A stretch of DNA of 16,508 nucleotides, from contig JARRQT010000104.1 of NCBI GenBank assembly GCA_037381445.1, positions 1-16,508 on the forward strand. Reading direction: 5' to 3'. Position numbers and translations under genes: made by a program. The DNA is from Calditrichia bacterium. Lineage in GTDB: Bacteria; Calditrichota; Calditrichia; RBG-13-44-9. Below, in pieces: positions 1 to 8,636 of the stretch. The notes under the pieces are model-generated. The model saw only the letters and a list, made by a program, of their open reading frames with translations, did not search any database and had not been told where the DNA came from. Each line of letters begins with the position of its first letter. Position 1 is the first letter of the stretch.

Positions 1-36
1 ATGTCATTTTTATCCAACCATTGAAGGAGGTGCTTT

Positions 37-1863
37 ATGATCAATTCTACTACGCTGAAAAGAGCAATAGCTTTGGCAGTTCCGTTGCTCTTTCTTATAT
101 TCACCGTCTTTACCGCATGCGAAAAGGAAAAGACCAAAACAATAACAAAGGTTGTACACGATACCCTGACTGTGGTTGAAAAAGATACGATTGTTATCAA
201 TATTATCAGCGTCGACACCGTTTTGGCTTTCCCTGATTCGGTGACCCAGGGTCTTAAGATTGATCTGACTGCGGAAGTAAGCACCATGCCTGCTGCGGGC
301 CCCTTAAGCTACGTTTGGACGGCGAGCGCAGGGGAGCTGGTAAACAACACCAAAGACACTGTTACCTGGACTTCGCCCTCCGAAGTGGGCGTATATAAAA
401 TCTACGTCCATGTGACAGATGGCGTTCATATCGCCATTGGCAGCACCACGGTTGGCGTTGGAATGTACCGGCCGACTGTGGAGCCTTACTATGTTGGTGA
501 TGAAGTATGCGGGACCTGCCACACCGAGAAGCATTCCGAATGGGCTCAAACAGCGCATGCCGGGGCATGGGCAACCTTGATGGCCAATCCTGGAGCGGCA
601 CCCTATTGTTTTCCATGCCATTCAGTCGGCTATGCCGGTCCTGCAGGCAACAGCGGTTTTGATGAAGTTCCTATTGCTAAATTTGAAAATGTTCAATGCG
701 AAAACTGTCATGGCCCGGGTTCCGAGCATATTACCAACCCAATAAGTATTCAGATGGAACTGACTTTCAATGTTGAGGATTGCGGACAGTGTCACGAGGG
801 AGGTCATCACCCCTATGTAGATCAATGGTCCGAGTCACTGCATAGCTTTGATCCTTATACCGCCGCACACGGTGCTCCCACCCGGGGAGGCTGCCAGGGT
901 TGCCATGAAGGCGTTACAGCAGCCATGCGAATCAACACCACAGAGACCGCATTCTTTAATGGTTCCAGCGGGACAGCCAGGGACACCACGAGTTATCATG
1001 GAATTAATGGGGATATGGGTTTCACGATTCCAATTGGGCTGCAGCCGATTGTCTGCGCCGTCTGTCACAATCCGCACAGTGCTGCAAATCCCGGGCAGCT
1101 ACGGACCGAAAAGGCAGTTACATTCATCGGCGGCCAGACCGCAACAGGCGCAGGAGCAGGTCAGCTTTGCATGCAATGCCACCATGCCCGTCATGATGGA
1201 GAAGAGCAGGTGCCCGAAGGCGACGCTCATCTTGGCCCACACCCCAGTACCCAGGGAGATGTGGTTTTTGGAATCTCCGGCTATGAAGCTATCAGCCCGA
1301 CCACCGTATGGGCCAGTACCGGACATCATAACATTCAGGATGTTTGTGCGGCCTGCCATGTTTATCAAACAGATTTCGATCCGGTAACACAAACCACCAA
1401 TACCGGTCATACCTTCCAGCCCCGGGTGGCGGCTTGTGAGCAGTGCCATGGTCAGAATATCAGCGCCTTTACAGATATCATGGCCGCTAAAGACTATGAT
1501 GGCGATGGCAATGTGGAAGGCCTCCAAATCGAAGTTGAAGATCTAATGAGCCTTCTGGCCCAAACACTGATCAACGCTGACGTCACCGACACCTTGATGG
1601 GTACCGATCCAACTGTCGATGTGATCGTAGGTAAACTGTCCGACACTGTTGGCGATACTTCGGCACTGGCAGTAAAGCTGCGTTCCGCCGGATATAACCT
1701 GGTTTTTGCATACGATGACAACAGTAAGGGTATCCATAATCCGGCATATGTGGTTCAATTGCTGCAGCAAAGTATTCTCTATCTGGATCCGACTGCACTG
1801 CCCCCGGCTGCTATATTCCGGGGCGGACCGGCAACAACGTTTGCAGTGACAGTACCGAAATAA
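37..1863 (+). CDS. Multihaem (9 CxxCH) cytochrome c lipoprotein with N-terminal Ig/PKD-like domain
   Basis: RBS GAAGGAGG ~23-30; signal peptide ending in lipobox-like FTA-C28; nine CxxCH motifs (CGTCH, CFPCH, CENCH, CGQCH, CQGCH, CAVCH, CMQCH, CAACH, CEQCH); beta-rich LSYVWTASAG...VTWTSP...YKIYVHVTDG segment; C-terminal GIHNPAY motif. Confidence 0.9.
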   Translation: MINSTTLKRAIALAVPLLFLIFTVFTACEKEKTKTITKVVHDTLTVVEKDTIVINIISVDTVLAFPDSVTQGLKIDLTAEVSTMPAAGPLSYVWTASAGELVNNTKDTVTWTSPSEVGVYKIYVHVTDGVHIAIGSTTVGVGMYRPTVEPYYVGDEVCGTCHTEKHSEWAQTAHAGAWATLMANPGAAPYCFPCHSVGYAGPAGNSGFDEVPIAKFENVQCENCHGPGSEHITNPISIQMELTFNVEDCGQCHEGGHHPYVDQWSESLHSFDPYTAAHGAPTRGGCQGCHEGVTAAMRINTTETAFFNGSSGTARDTTSYHGINGDMGFTIPIGLQPIVCAVCHNPHSAANPGQLRTEKAVTFIGGQTATGAGAGQLCMQCHHARHDGEEQVPEGDAHLGPHPSTQGDVVFGISGYEAISPTTVWASTGHHNIQDVCAACHVYQTDFDPVTQTTNTGHTFQPRVAACEQCHGQNISAFTDIMAAKDYDGDGNVEGLQIEVEDLMSLLAQTLINADVTDTLMGTDPTVDVIVGKLSDTVGDTSALAVKLRSAGYNLVFAYDDNSKGIHNPAYVVQLLQQSILYLDPTALPPAAIFRGGPATTFAVTVPK

Positions 1864-1878
1864 GAAATTTTAGATTAA

Positions 1879-1914
1879 AGGGCCCCTTTCATATGCAGAG
1901 GGGCCCTGTTTTTT
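1879..1914 (+). terminator. Rho-independent terminator of the cytochrome gene
   Basis: AGGGCCCCTTT-catatgc-AGAGGGGCCCT stem-loop followed by GTTTTTT, 15 nt after the stop codon. Confidence 0.85.
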
Positions 1915-2290
1915 ATAATGTTCCTTTGGTCGTCACCAACGATGAACGAGATATATCCCTTTGTATTTCTTTGCTGCCCACTTTATCTTGTCATATATCA
2001 CACTTGAAAGCCCATTATCAAAAAACGCTAAATAGATAATTCTATTTGGCTATTTTTATCCTCTGGATTGTCACATATTAAAATTATCCATAAATCTCAT
2101 TTTTCTCATTAAGATCAGCAAAGAATCAAATCCCTTTCCACAACCTTCACAAGTCAATCATCGGATTCTCAAAGACAAGATCACTTTAAACAATTCCCCA
2201 GATGAATAGATTTTGGAAACAATATTCCTTATATTGTCTAAACTTAAAATACTTTTTTGAAGTATTAATTTGCAGTGACGGGAACAAATA

Positions 2291-2734
2291 ATGAACACAG
2301 AACAAAAAGATTTTTATCAAAAACTCAGGATGCAGGTCCACAGTTGGCTAACGAAGAATGTCGATTCAAAAAACCAGTGGACAGATTATGTTCTGCTTGC
2401 CCCGGATATTTTCCACCTGCTCTGCAAGTTGACCGTCGATCCTGAAATCCCCGGCTCAAAAAAAGCAAAACTGGGCGCCGCAATTGCCTATTTCATCTCA
2501 CCCCTTGATTTTATTCCGGAGCTAATTTTGGGACCTATAGGTTACTTGGATGATGTTGCACTTGCTGCTTATGTGCTGAATGATATCATCAATGAGGTCG
2601 ATCCGCAGGTAGTGGCCCGGCATTGGGCGGGAGAGAAAGACATCCTTCTGCTGGTTAAGACTATTCTGATCAACTCCGATCAAATGCTGGGCAGTGGTCT
2701 GTGGAAGAGAGTCAGAAAAAGAATTGGAATATAA
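2291..2734 (+). CDS. YkvA/DUF1232 family protein
   Basis: Family motif AIAYFISPLDFIPE..LGPIGYLDD; GGGA upstream of the ATG. Confidence 0.85.
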   Translation: MNTEQKDFYQKLRMQVHSWLTKNVDSKNQWTDYVLLAPDIFHLLCKLTVDPEIPGSKKAKLGAAIAYFISPLDFIPELILGPIGYLDDVALAAYVLNDIINEVDPQVVARHWAGEKDILLLVKTILINSDQMLGSGLWKRVRKRIGI

Positions 2735-2743
2735 CGCATCCAC

Positions 2744-2761
2744 CGGATTTGAATCCGTTTT
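2744..2761 (+). terminator. Possible weak terminator after the DUF1232 gene
   Basis: CGGAT-TTGA-ATCCG hairpin followed by TTTT; short stem. Confidence 0.35.
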
Positions 2762-2863
2762 CAATAACCAAATATGTAGCGCATTAAAAATTTTTATTGC
2801 ATCTCTCTATCATGGGCCGCGCTGTCCAGGGGAAAAAATCTTCCGGATACAATTTATTGCTGA

Positions 2864-3079
2864 TTACTGGCCATTATGCTGCAATTCATCCGGCTTCCCG
2901 TCCGGCAAAATGATCCATGCTACAATGTAGGTAAACAATACCGGAAAAAATCCCGATACCAATAAAAGCAGGACTCCCAACAACCGCAGAACATTGGGAT
3001 CCATATCGTAAACCTCACCAATTCCGCCAAAGATGCCGGCAATTTTGCGGTCCGTCCTGGAACGATATAATCTCTTCAT
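2864..3079 (-). CDS. pspC: PspC domain-containing membrane protein
   Basis: MKRLYRSRTDRKIAGIFGGIGEVYDMDP..LRL...YIVAWIILP is the PspC signature; RBS GAGGAGAAGGA. Confidence 0.88.
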   Translation of the reverse strand: MKRLYRSRTDRKIAGIFGGIGEVYDMDPNVLRLLGVLLLLVSGFFPVLFTYIVAWIILPDGKPDELQHNGQ

Positions 3080-3233
3080 TTCCTTCTCCTCACTTTTGGC
3101 AGATTACGAAACCCTTTTATTTTTTGTTTCCGCAATCAGGTAACACTGATTCAGGTATTTGTCAAAATATTGGAAACATCCTCTATTTCAATGTATATTT
3201 AGTAAACCGTTAAATTGTATGAAAAAGGATACA

Positions 3234-4778
3234 ATGTTAATTAAAGGAACAGCAACTTCAGAAGCAACCGGAAAATTTGCGGAAAATCAGCAGAACAACT
3301 ATTGCCGGGACGCATACCACCTTCTGGGGAGAACGGGACTCACTGTTTCCAGACTTGGATTCGGGACATACCGATGCCAACAGAACAATGAATATCATTA
3401 TCAGGCGCTGGAAAAGGCTATTGAGAACGGATGTAATATTATCGATACTGCCTCCAATTATGGAGATGGAATGGCGGAGCAACTCATCGGTGAAGTATTG
3501 GAAAAGCAAGTTTCAAACCGCCGTCTGGCTCGCAAATCCATCGTATTGGTAAGCAAGGTCGGGTACGTGCAGGGAGAAAGCCTTACGATTGCGCAGCGCA
3601 GGGAATCGCGCGGGCTGCCATACCCTGAAATGGTCAAGTATCAGGAAGGGCTTTGGCATTGCATTCATCCTGATTTCATTAGAGAAGAGGTTGAAAGGAG
3701 CCGCCAGCATCTCAAAGTTGATACTATCGACATTTATCTTCTGCACAATCCGGAATATTTTCTGTTGGATGCGCTGCAGAAATCAATTCCGGACGCTTTC
3801 GCCATTTATGATGAATTTTACAGGAGAATCGGAGAAGCGTTTGGTGTTCTGGAAGAGCTGGCGGGCAAGGGTATTATCCGGTATTACGGAATATCCTCCA
3901 ACACCTTTCCTGGTGATCAGGGAAGACGAGATTTTCTGAGCCTGGCAAGGGTATGGGAGATTTATGAAACTGTTTGCAAAAGATTAAAAATCACAACTGC
4001 GGAGGGTCATTTTGCAGTAATCGAATTCCCATATAACTGGCTGGAGACTGAAGCATATCATATAAAGAACAATCGCTGGAAGGAACAGGAGTTGTCAGTC
4101 CTGGAACTGGCAGAAGAATTGTCCCTTGGTGTGCTCGCCAACCGTCCTTTGAATGCAATCCGGAAGAATCATCTTCTGAGACTGGCCAAAAAGAAATTCA
4201 GGGACAATACCAATTACGGGAAATCTATCCGGGAACATTTAGATATCATGCGTCCGCTGGAAGCAGCCATACAAAAATACATCAAAGACTGGAACATGGA
4301 TGTTCCTGTGCAGCAGCGGGCCAAACTCAATGAGTTTTTTCATAATACCGAAAAACTGGAAGAATTGCTTCCCAGACTATATGAAGAGCCGCAACTGGAC
4401 AATCTGCTGATCCGCTATTTTGTCCCTACCCTGCAGATGGGCGGGCAAACTTTTTCTCAAAATCTCCCCGAGGCCAATCGACCCAAAGGCAAGGCCGCAA
4501 TCCAGGGATTATTCAACCAGTTCAACCTCACCATTCAGTTGATACGGGAAAATATCCATCGGAAGAATTACGACAAGGTCAAATTTCTGGAAAACAAGTT
4601 TGATCATAAATTTCCGGATCTTGCAGATACACTCACATTTTCACAAAAGGCACTGCTGGTGGCAGTCTCCACACCGGGGGTGGATGTGGTTCTGAATGGC
4701 ATGAGGAATCCCGAATATGTCCGGGATTCCATGAATATTTTATCTTATGATAACATTGATGTACAGCGGGTGCTATAA
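3234..4778 (+). CDS. Aldo/keto reductase family protein (long form)
   Basis: GLTVSRLGFGTYR, NIIDTASNYGDG, VSKVG, IDIYLLHNPE, YGISSN and VVLNGMR motifs; start placed at ATG 3234 (AAGGA upstream) instead of TTG 3159; ATG 3219 also possible. Confidence 0.85.
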   Translation: MLIKGTATSEATGKFAENQQNNYCRDAYHLLGRTGLTVSRLGFGTYRCQQNNEYHYQALEKAIENGCNIIDTASNYGDGMAEQLIGEVLEKQVSNRRLARKSIVLVSKVGYVQGESLTIAQRRESRGLPYPEMVKYQEGLWHCIHPDFIREEVERSRQHLKVDTIDIYLLHNPEYFLLDALQKSIPDAFAIYDEFYRRIGEAFGVLEELAGKGIIRYYGISSNTFPGDQGRRDFLSLARVWEIYETVCKRLKITTAEGHFAVIEFPYNWLETEAYHIKNNRWKEQELSVLELAEELSLGVLANRPLNAIRKNHLLRLAKKKFRDNTNYGKSIREHLDIMRPLEAAIQKYIKDWNMDVPVQQRAKLNEFFHNTEKLEELLPRLYEEPQLDNLLIRYFVPTLQMGGQTFSQNLPEANRPKGKAAIQGLFNQFNLTIQLIRENIHRKNYDKVKFLENKFDHKFPDLADTLTFSQKALLVAVSTPGVDVVLNGMRNPEYVRDSMNILSYDNIDVQRVL

Positions 4779-4818
4779 AGGCATTAGACATTTTTCGGTG
4801 CCGATCAAAGCCGGACGA

Positions 4819-5349
4819 CTATGCTGTTCCCTCGCTGTCATCCGGATTTAAAGGTGCTGAAGTGTGGGTAGATTCGCCCTGCCGTCGGTGAGAGATAAGC
4901 AAATAGATTCCGACCAAAATGAGCAGAATTGGCCAGAAGAAACGAAATGCATCGTGGCCTGACCAAAACAGAACAGAGAGGACAATAAGAATTAAAGCGG
5001 GTATGAGAAGCCCTCTTTCCCGTTGACCACCCCAATACATGAATAGAAATCCAAGCCCCGGGCCCAACAAAAAAACCGGCCACAAATCTTCCATCCAGTA
5101 CCAGCCGTATGAAGCGCAATACAGAAAGAGAAGACCATATGCGACTAGAATGGTCCCCGGCATCAACAGGCCATATTCTTTGCGATTTACGAGCCATCCA
5201 ATCCAAAAAAGCAGTCCCCCGAAAACCATGATCAATGGCCACAGATTTTCCCAATCCACCTCAAACCAGTGCAAATTATTCCCGAGGAAGAGAAATCCAA
5301 TTAAAATGAGGAAAATCCCCCAGACCAGAGATCTGTATTCGCTTTTCAT
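4819..5349 (-). CDS. LiaF/LiaI-like (DUF5668-type) multi-pass membrane protein
   Basis: Hydrophobic 176 aa with three repeated units ending in (L/F)WPxxxxxxG (ENLWPLIMVFGG, EDLWPVFLLGPG, RFFWPILLILVG); RBS GGAGG. Confidence 0.75.
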   Translation of the reverse strand: MKSEYRSLVWGIFLILIGFLFLGNNLHWFEVDWENLWPLIMVFGGLLFWIGWLVNRKEYGLLMPGTILVAYGLLFLYCASYGWYWMEDLWPVFLLGPGLGFLFMYWGGQRERGLLIPALILIVLSVLFWSGHDAFRFFWPILLILVGIYLLISHRRQGESTHTSAPLNPDDSEGTA

Positions 5350-5828
5350 AACACCTCCGTTGATAGCATTATTTTCCTTTGCCGGTTTAAATTACGAATT
5401 GCTACGGAAAATTGTTGCCGAAAAACATTTTTCGGGTTTTTGCCTTACCTTCGAAAACTGACAGGGTTGAAAAACAACCGCCATTCCTGAACAAAATTTA
5501 TAACATGAAGCGCACATTTCTAACTGCGGATTTAAAGAGCAGAATAGTAAATTTCAGCAAATTTTTGACATCTCTAATGTGGCAATTAATTTTCAGTTTT
5601 TCAACTCTATTTATGGTATTTACTAATTTTGTATATTTGAAAAATAGAAAAACCAGACTCAGAATGTTATCCGCTTGACAAGTGTTGCAGACCTGATGTT
5701 TAAAAAGTGAGCTTACAGCATGACGGAGAGAAAGACAAAAATCGCAATATTAAATTGCTCACGCAGATGAGATTTCATTTCCCCCAAGCTGAAATTCGAA
5801 ATTGATTTAACAAAAGGAGAATTTCAGC

Positions 5829-5868
5829 AAAAAATAAAAGCCGGTATATATAGAGAACACACCGGCTT
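5829..5868 (-). terminator. Rho-independent terminator downstream of ackA
   Basis: Minus strand AAGCCGGTGTGT-loop-ATATACCGGCTT (G-U pairs on the minus strand) followed by TTATTTTTT. Confidence 0.85.
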
Positions 5869-5890
5869 CATTAATTTTTCTTTGATAATT

Positions 5891-7105
5891 TCAGGCAGGT
5901 TGTACCTGCATCTTATTTACAATCTCTGCAGTATCCATGGCAATCACCAGTTCTTCATTGGTGGGAATCACCAGTAATTTCACCGGTGAATCAGTGGTCG
6001 AAATGTCTCTCTCTTTCCCGCGCAATCCATTGTTGGCATCGCGGTTCAGAATGATGCCCATATATTCCATGTTACCGCAGACTTTTTCCCTAACAAAATC
6101 GGAATTTTCGCCAATTCCTGCCGTAAACACCACGGCGTCTGCGCCGCCCATCGCGGCAGCATACGCGCCGATATATTTTTTAATCCTATAGGTAAATATA
6201 TCCATGGCCAGTTTCGCCCGTTCGTTGGTCTCGTAGCTGTCTTCTATTTCCCGCATATCGCTGCTGAGACCGCTTACCCCCTGCACACCACTATGCTTGT
6301 TGAGCAGAGTATTCATTTCGGCCGGAGTCATTTCCTCCTTTGCCATGACATGCAGAACAATGAAAGGATCCATATCGCCTGACCGGGTTCCCATGAGCAA
6401 ACCTTCCAGTGGTGTAAAACCCATGGAAGTGTCGATAGATTTGCCATGGACCACTGCGGCGATGCTTGAACCGTTGCCGAGATGACAGGTAATAATCTTT
6501 AAGTCTTTCAGAGGCTTGCCCAGCATTTTTGCGGCGCGGTCCGCCACATAGCGATGGGAGGTGCCGTGAAAACCGTACCGGCGGATTCCATGCCGCTTAT
6601 ACAGCGTATAGGGAATACCATAAATATATGAATGGGGAGGCATCGTCTGGTGAAATGCGGTATCAAACACACCGACCTGGGGGACATCCGGCAGAAGCGC
6701 TTTGGCAGCAGCAATTCCCTTGAGATTGGGCGGATTATGCAGTGGTGCGAAATCGATACATTTGGTCATTTCCCGGATCACGTCCTCATCAATAAGAACC
6801 GAGCCGCTGAAAGCTTCTCCGCCATGGACCACGCGATGTCCCACAGCGTCGATTTCGTGCTTGTCCTCTAACACACCATGATTTTTGCTCAATAGAATCC
6901 CGAGGATATACTCGATTGCGACTTTATGATCAAGAATTTCACCTGTCAGTTTCACTTCGGGTCTGTCGTATGCTTTATGTGTCAGAACGGCACCCGAAAG
7001 ACCGATCCGTTCCACCAATCCTTTTGCGATGACAGTTCCGTCTTCAGGAACCATCAACTGGTATTTAACCGAGGAGCTGCCTGCATTTAATACGAGAATT
7101 TTCAT
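5891..7105 (-). CDS. ackA: Acetate kinase
   Basis: MKILVLNAGSSSVKYQ, GHRVVHGG, APLHNP, RRYGFHGTSH, CHLGNGSS, TSMGFTPLEG, FTAGIGENS, PTNEEL; start set at ATG 7105. Confidence 0.96.
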   Translation of the reverse strand: MKILVLNAGSSSVKYQLMVPEDGTVIAKGLVERIGLSGAVLTHKAYDRPEVKLTGEILDHKVAIEYILGILLSKNHGVLEDKHEIDAVGHRVVHGGEAFSGSVLIDEDVIREMTKCIDFAPLHNPPNLKGIAAAKALLPDVPQVGVFDTAFHQTMPPHSYIYGIPYTLYKRHGIRRYGFHGTSHRYVADRAAKMLGKPLKDLKIITCHLGNGSSIAAVVHGKSIDTSMGFTPLEGLLMGTRSGDMDPFIVLHVMAKEEMTPAEMNTLLNKHSGVQGVSGLSSDMREIEDSYETNERAKLAMDIFTYRIKKYIGAYAAAMGGADAVVFTAGIGENSDFVREKVCGNMEYMGIILNRDANNGLRGKERDISTTDSPVKLLVIPTNEELVIAMDTAEIVNKMQVQPA

Positions 7106-7185
7106 TTCAATCTCTACCTTTGCTTGCAAATCTTTTTCAAATCGAAATTTTACAATGTCATCTTTACCTGTTTTCCGAAAGTCCG

Positions 7186-8127
7186 TTATTCAGCCATTGC
7201 TTCCGGATACTCAAAAATACCCTTACCGGTTTTTCGTCCCAACTGCCCGGCCCGGACCAGCTTTTTCAGCAGCGGGCAGGGGCGGTATTTAAGGTCGCCG
7301 AGTTCCTTGAACAATGCTTCCATCATGTGCAACAACTGATCCAAGCCGATCATATCTGCCAATGCCAGCGGGCCCATATTAAAATTGAAGCCCAGTTTCA
7401 TGGCAGTGTCAATATCCTGGGCGCTGGCGATCCCTTCCATCAGCACATACAACGCCTCATTGATTAATGGAATTATAACCCGGGTGGTAATGTAGCCGGG
7501 ATACTCATACACCTCAACAGCCGTTTTATCCAGCACCTCGGCAAAACGGCGGGTGGCGTTGTAGGTTTCATCGGAAGTCTTCAGACCGCGAATAATTTCC
7601 ACCAGCGGAATTTTGGGCACCGGATTCAAAAAATGCATGCCAATTATCTTATCTTCCCGGTTGGTCATGGATGCAATTTCAGTGATACTGAGCGTGGAGG
7701 TGTTTGTGATATAGATAGTTGACGGATCGCAAATTTCATCCAGTTTGTTAAATATTCCGCCCTTTAATTCAAGGTTTTCGGGGACGGATTCAATTACCAG
7801 CTCGCCCATCGCCGCGTCTTCCAGCTTCCAGGAAGTGACAATGCGGCTGAGGATAGTCTTCTTCTCGCTGGAAGTCATCGTCCAGCGGGCAATTTCTTTG
7901 TCAATGGTGCGGGTAATGCCTTCAACTGCCCGGTTGGCCTTGGATTTGTCCTTTTCAATGAGGATAACATCAAGCCCCTTGGAGGCAACCAGCTGGCATA
8001 TTCCCTGCCCCATGGTTCCGGCGCCAATCACCACAACTTTTTTAATAGTATGTTCCGATTCTTCGATAGGTAATCCTTCTTCACGTGACAGGACTTCAAT
8101 GTCCAGCACTTTCTTCTCATCTTTCAT
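7186..8127 (-). CDS. hbd: 3-hydroxyacyl-CoA (3-hydroxybutyryl-CoA) dehydrogenase family protein
   Basis: [11 protein letters not shown]ossmann motif, [48 protein letters not shown]; start is ATG 8127 or GTG 8133. Confidence 0.88.
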   Translation of the reverse strand: MKDEKKVLDIEVLSREEGLPIEESEHTIKKVVVIGAGTMGQGICQLVASKGLDVILIEKDKSKANRAVEGITRTIDKEIARWTMTSSEKKTILSRIVTSWKLEDAAMGELVIESVPENLELKGGIFNKLDEICDPSTIYITNTSTLSITEIASMTNREDKIIGMHFLNPVPKIPLVEIIRGLKTSDETYNATRRFAEVLDKTAVEVYEYPGYITTRVIIPLINEALYVLMEGIASAQDIDTAMKLGFNFNMGPLALADMIGLDQLLHMMEALFKELGDLKYRPCPLLKKLVRAGQLGRKTGKGIFEYPEAMAE

Positions 8128-8200
8128 CTTCACAACCCCGTTCTGTTTGCATAATTATTAGGTAAATGCCGCGCTAACTGCCTACCTTCGAACAGAACCG

Positions 8201-8632
8201 TCACTCACATTCAATTATTTCACGCCCGGTAAAGAAGAAACCGATCTCTTTCGCTGCATTTTCACCGCTGTCCGAGGCATGAACACAGTTTAACTGGATA
8301 TTCGTTCCAAAGTCTTTACGAATTGTACCTTCCTCAGCATTCTCCGGATTGGTTGCGCCAATAAAGTTTCGAAAACTTTCGATGCAGTTTTCTTTCCGCA
8401 AAACCATTACCACCACTTTGCCGCTTGACATATATTCAACCAATTCTTCATAAAATGGTTTGCCTTTGTGAACAAGGTAAAATTGTTCGGCATCAGCGGG
8501 GTGCAAATGAACCATTTTCATTCCGAGGATGTCAAAACCGGCCTTCTCAATCCGCTGAATGATATCACCAACATGTTTATGTTCAACACATTCCGGTTTT
8601 ATAATTGTGAGTGTCCGTTCTGTCAAGTCCAT
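8201..8632 (-). CDS. ndk: Nucleoside-diphosphate kinase
   Basis: ERTLTIIKPE, FYLVHKGKPFY, GATNP..AEEGTIR, NCVHASDS with catalytic His; RBS AAGGAG before ATG 8632. Confidence 0.95.
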   Translation of the reverse strand: MDLTERTLTIIKPECVEHKHVGDIIQRIEKAGFDILGMKMVHLHPADAEQFYLVHKGKPFYEELVEYMSSGKVVVMVLRKENCIESFRNFIGATNPENAEEGTIRKDFGTNIQLNCVHASDSGENAAKEIGFFFTGREIIECE

Positions 8633-8636
8633 CTCC

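Noticed and set aside
304..1798. Alternative-frame and antisense ORFs inside the cytochrome gene
   Set aside because: Fully overlap a well-supported CDS and lack motifs
37..1863. NrfA (ammonia-forming nitrite reductase) assignment
   Set aside because: Nine haem motifs rather than five, no CxxCK, and an extra Ig-like domain
5412..5678. 88-aa plus-strand ORF in the intergenic gap
   Set aside because: TTG start without RBS, AT-rich Phe/Lys-biased composition, overlaps the expected promoter region of the 4819-5349 gene
8146..8163. TTTGCATAATTATTAGGT as an ARG box upstream of hbd
   Set aside because: The right half-site is degenerate and there is no tandem partner; probably chance in AT-rich DNA
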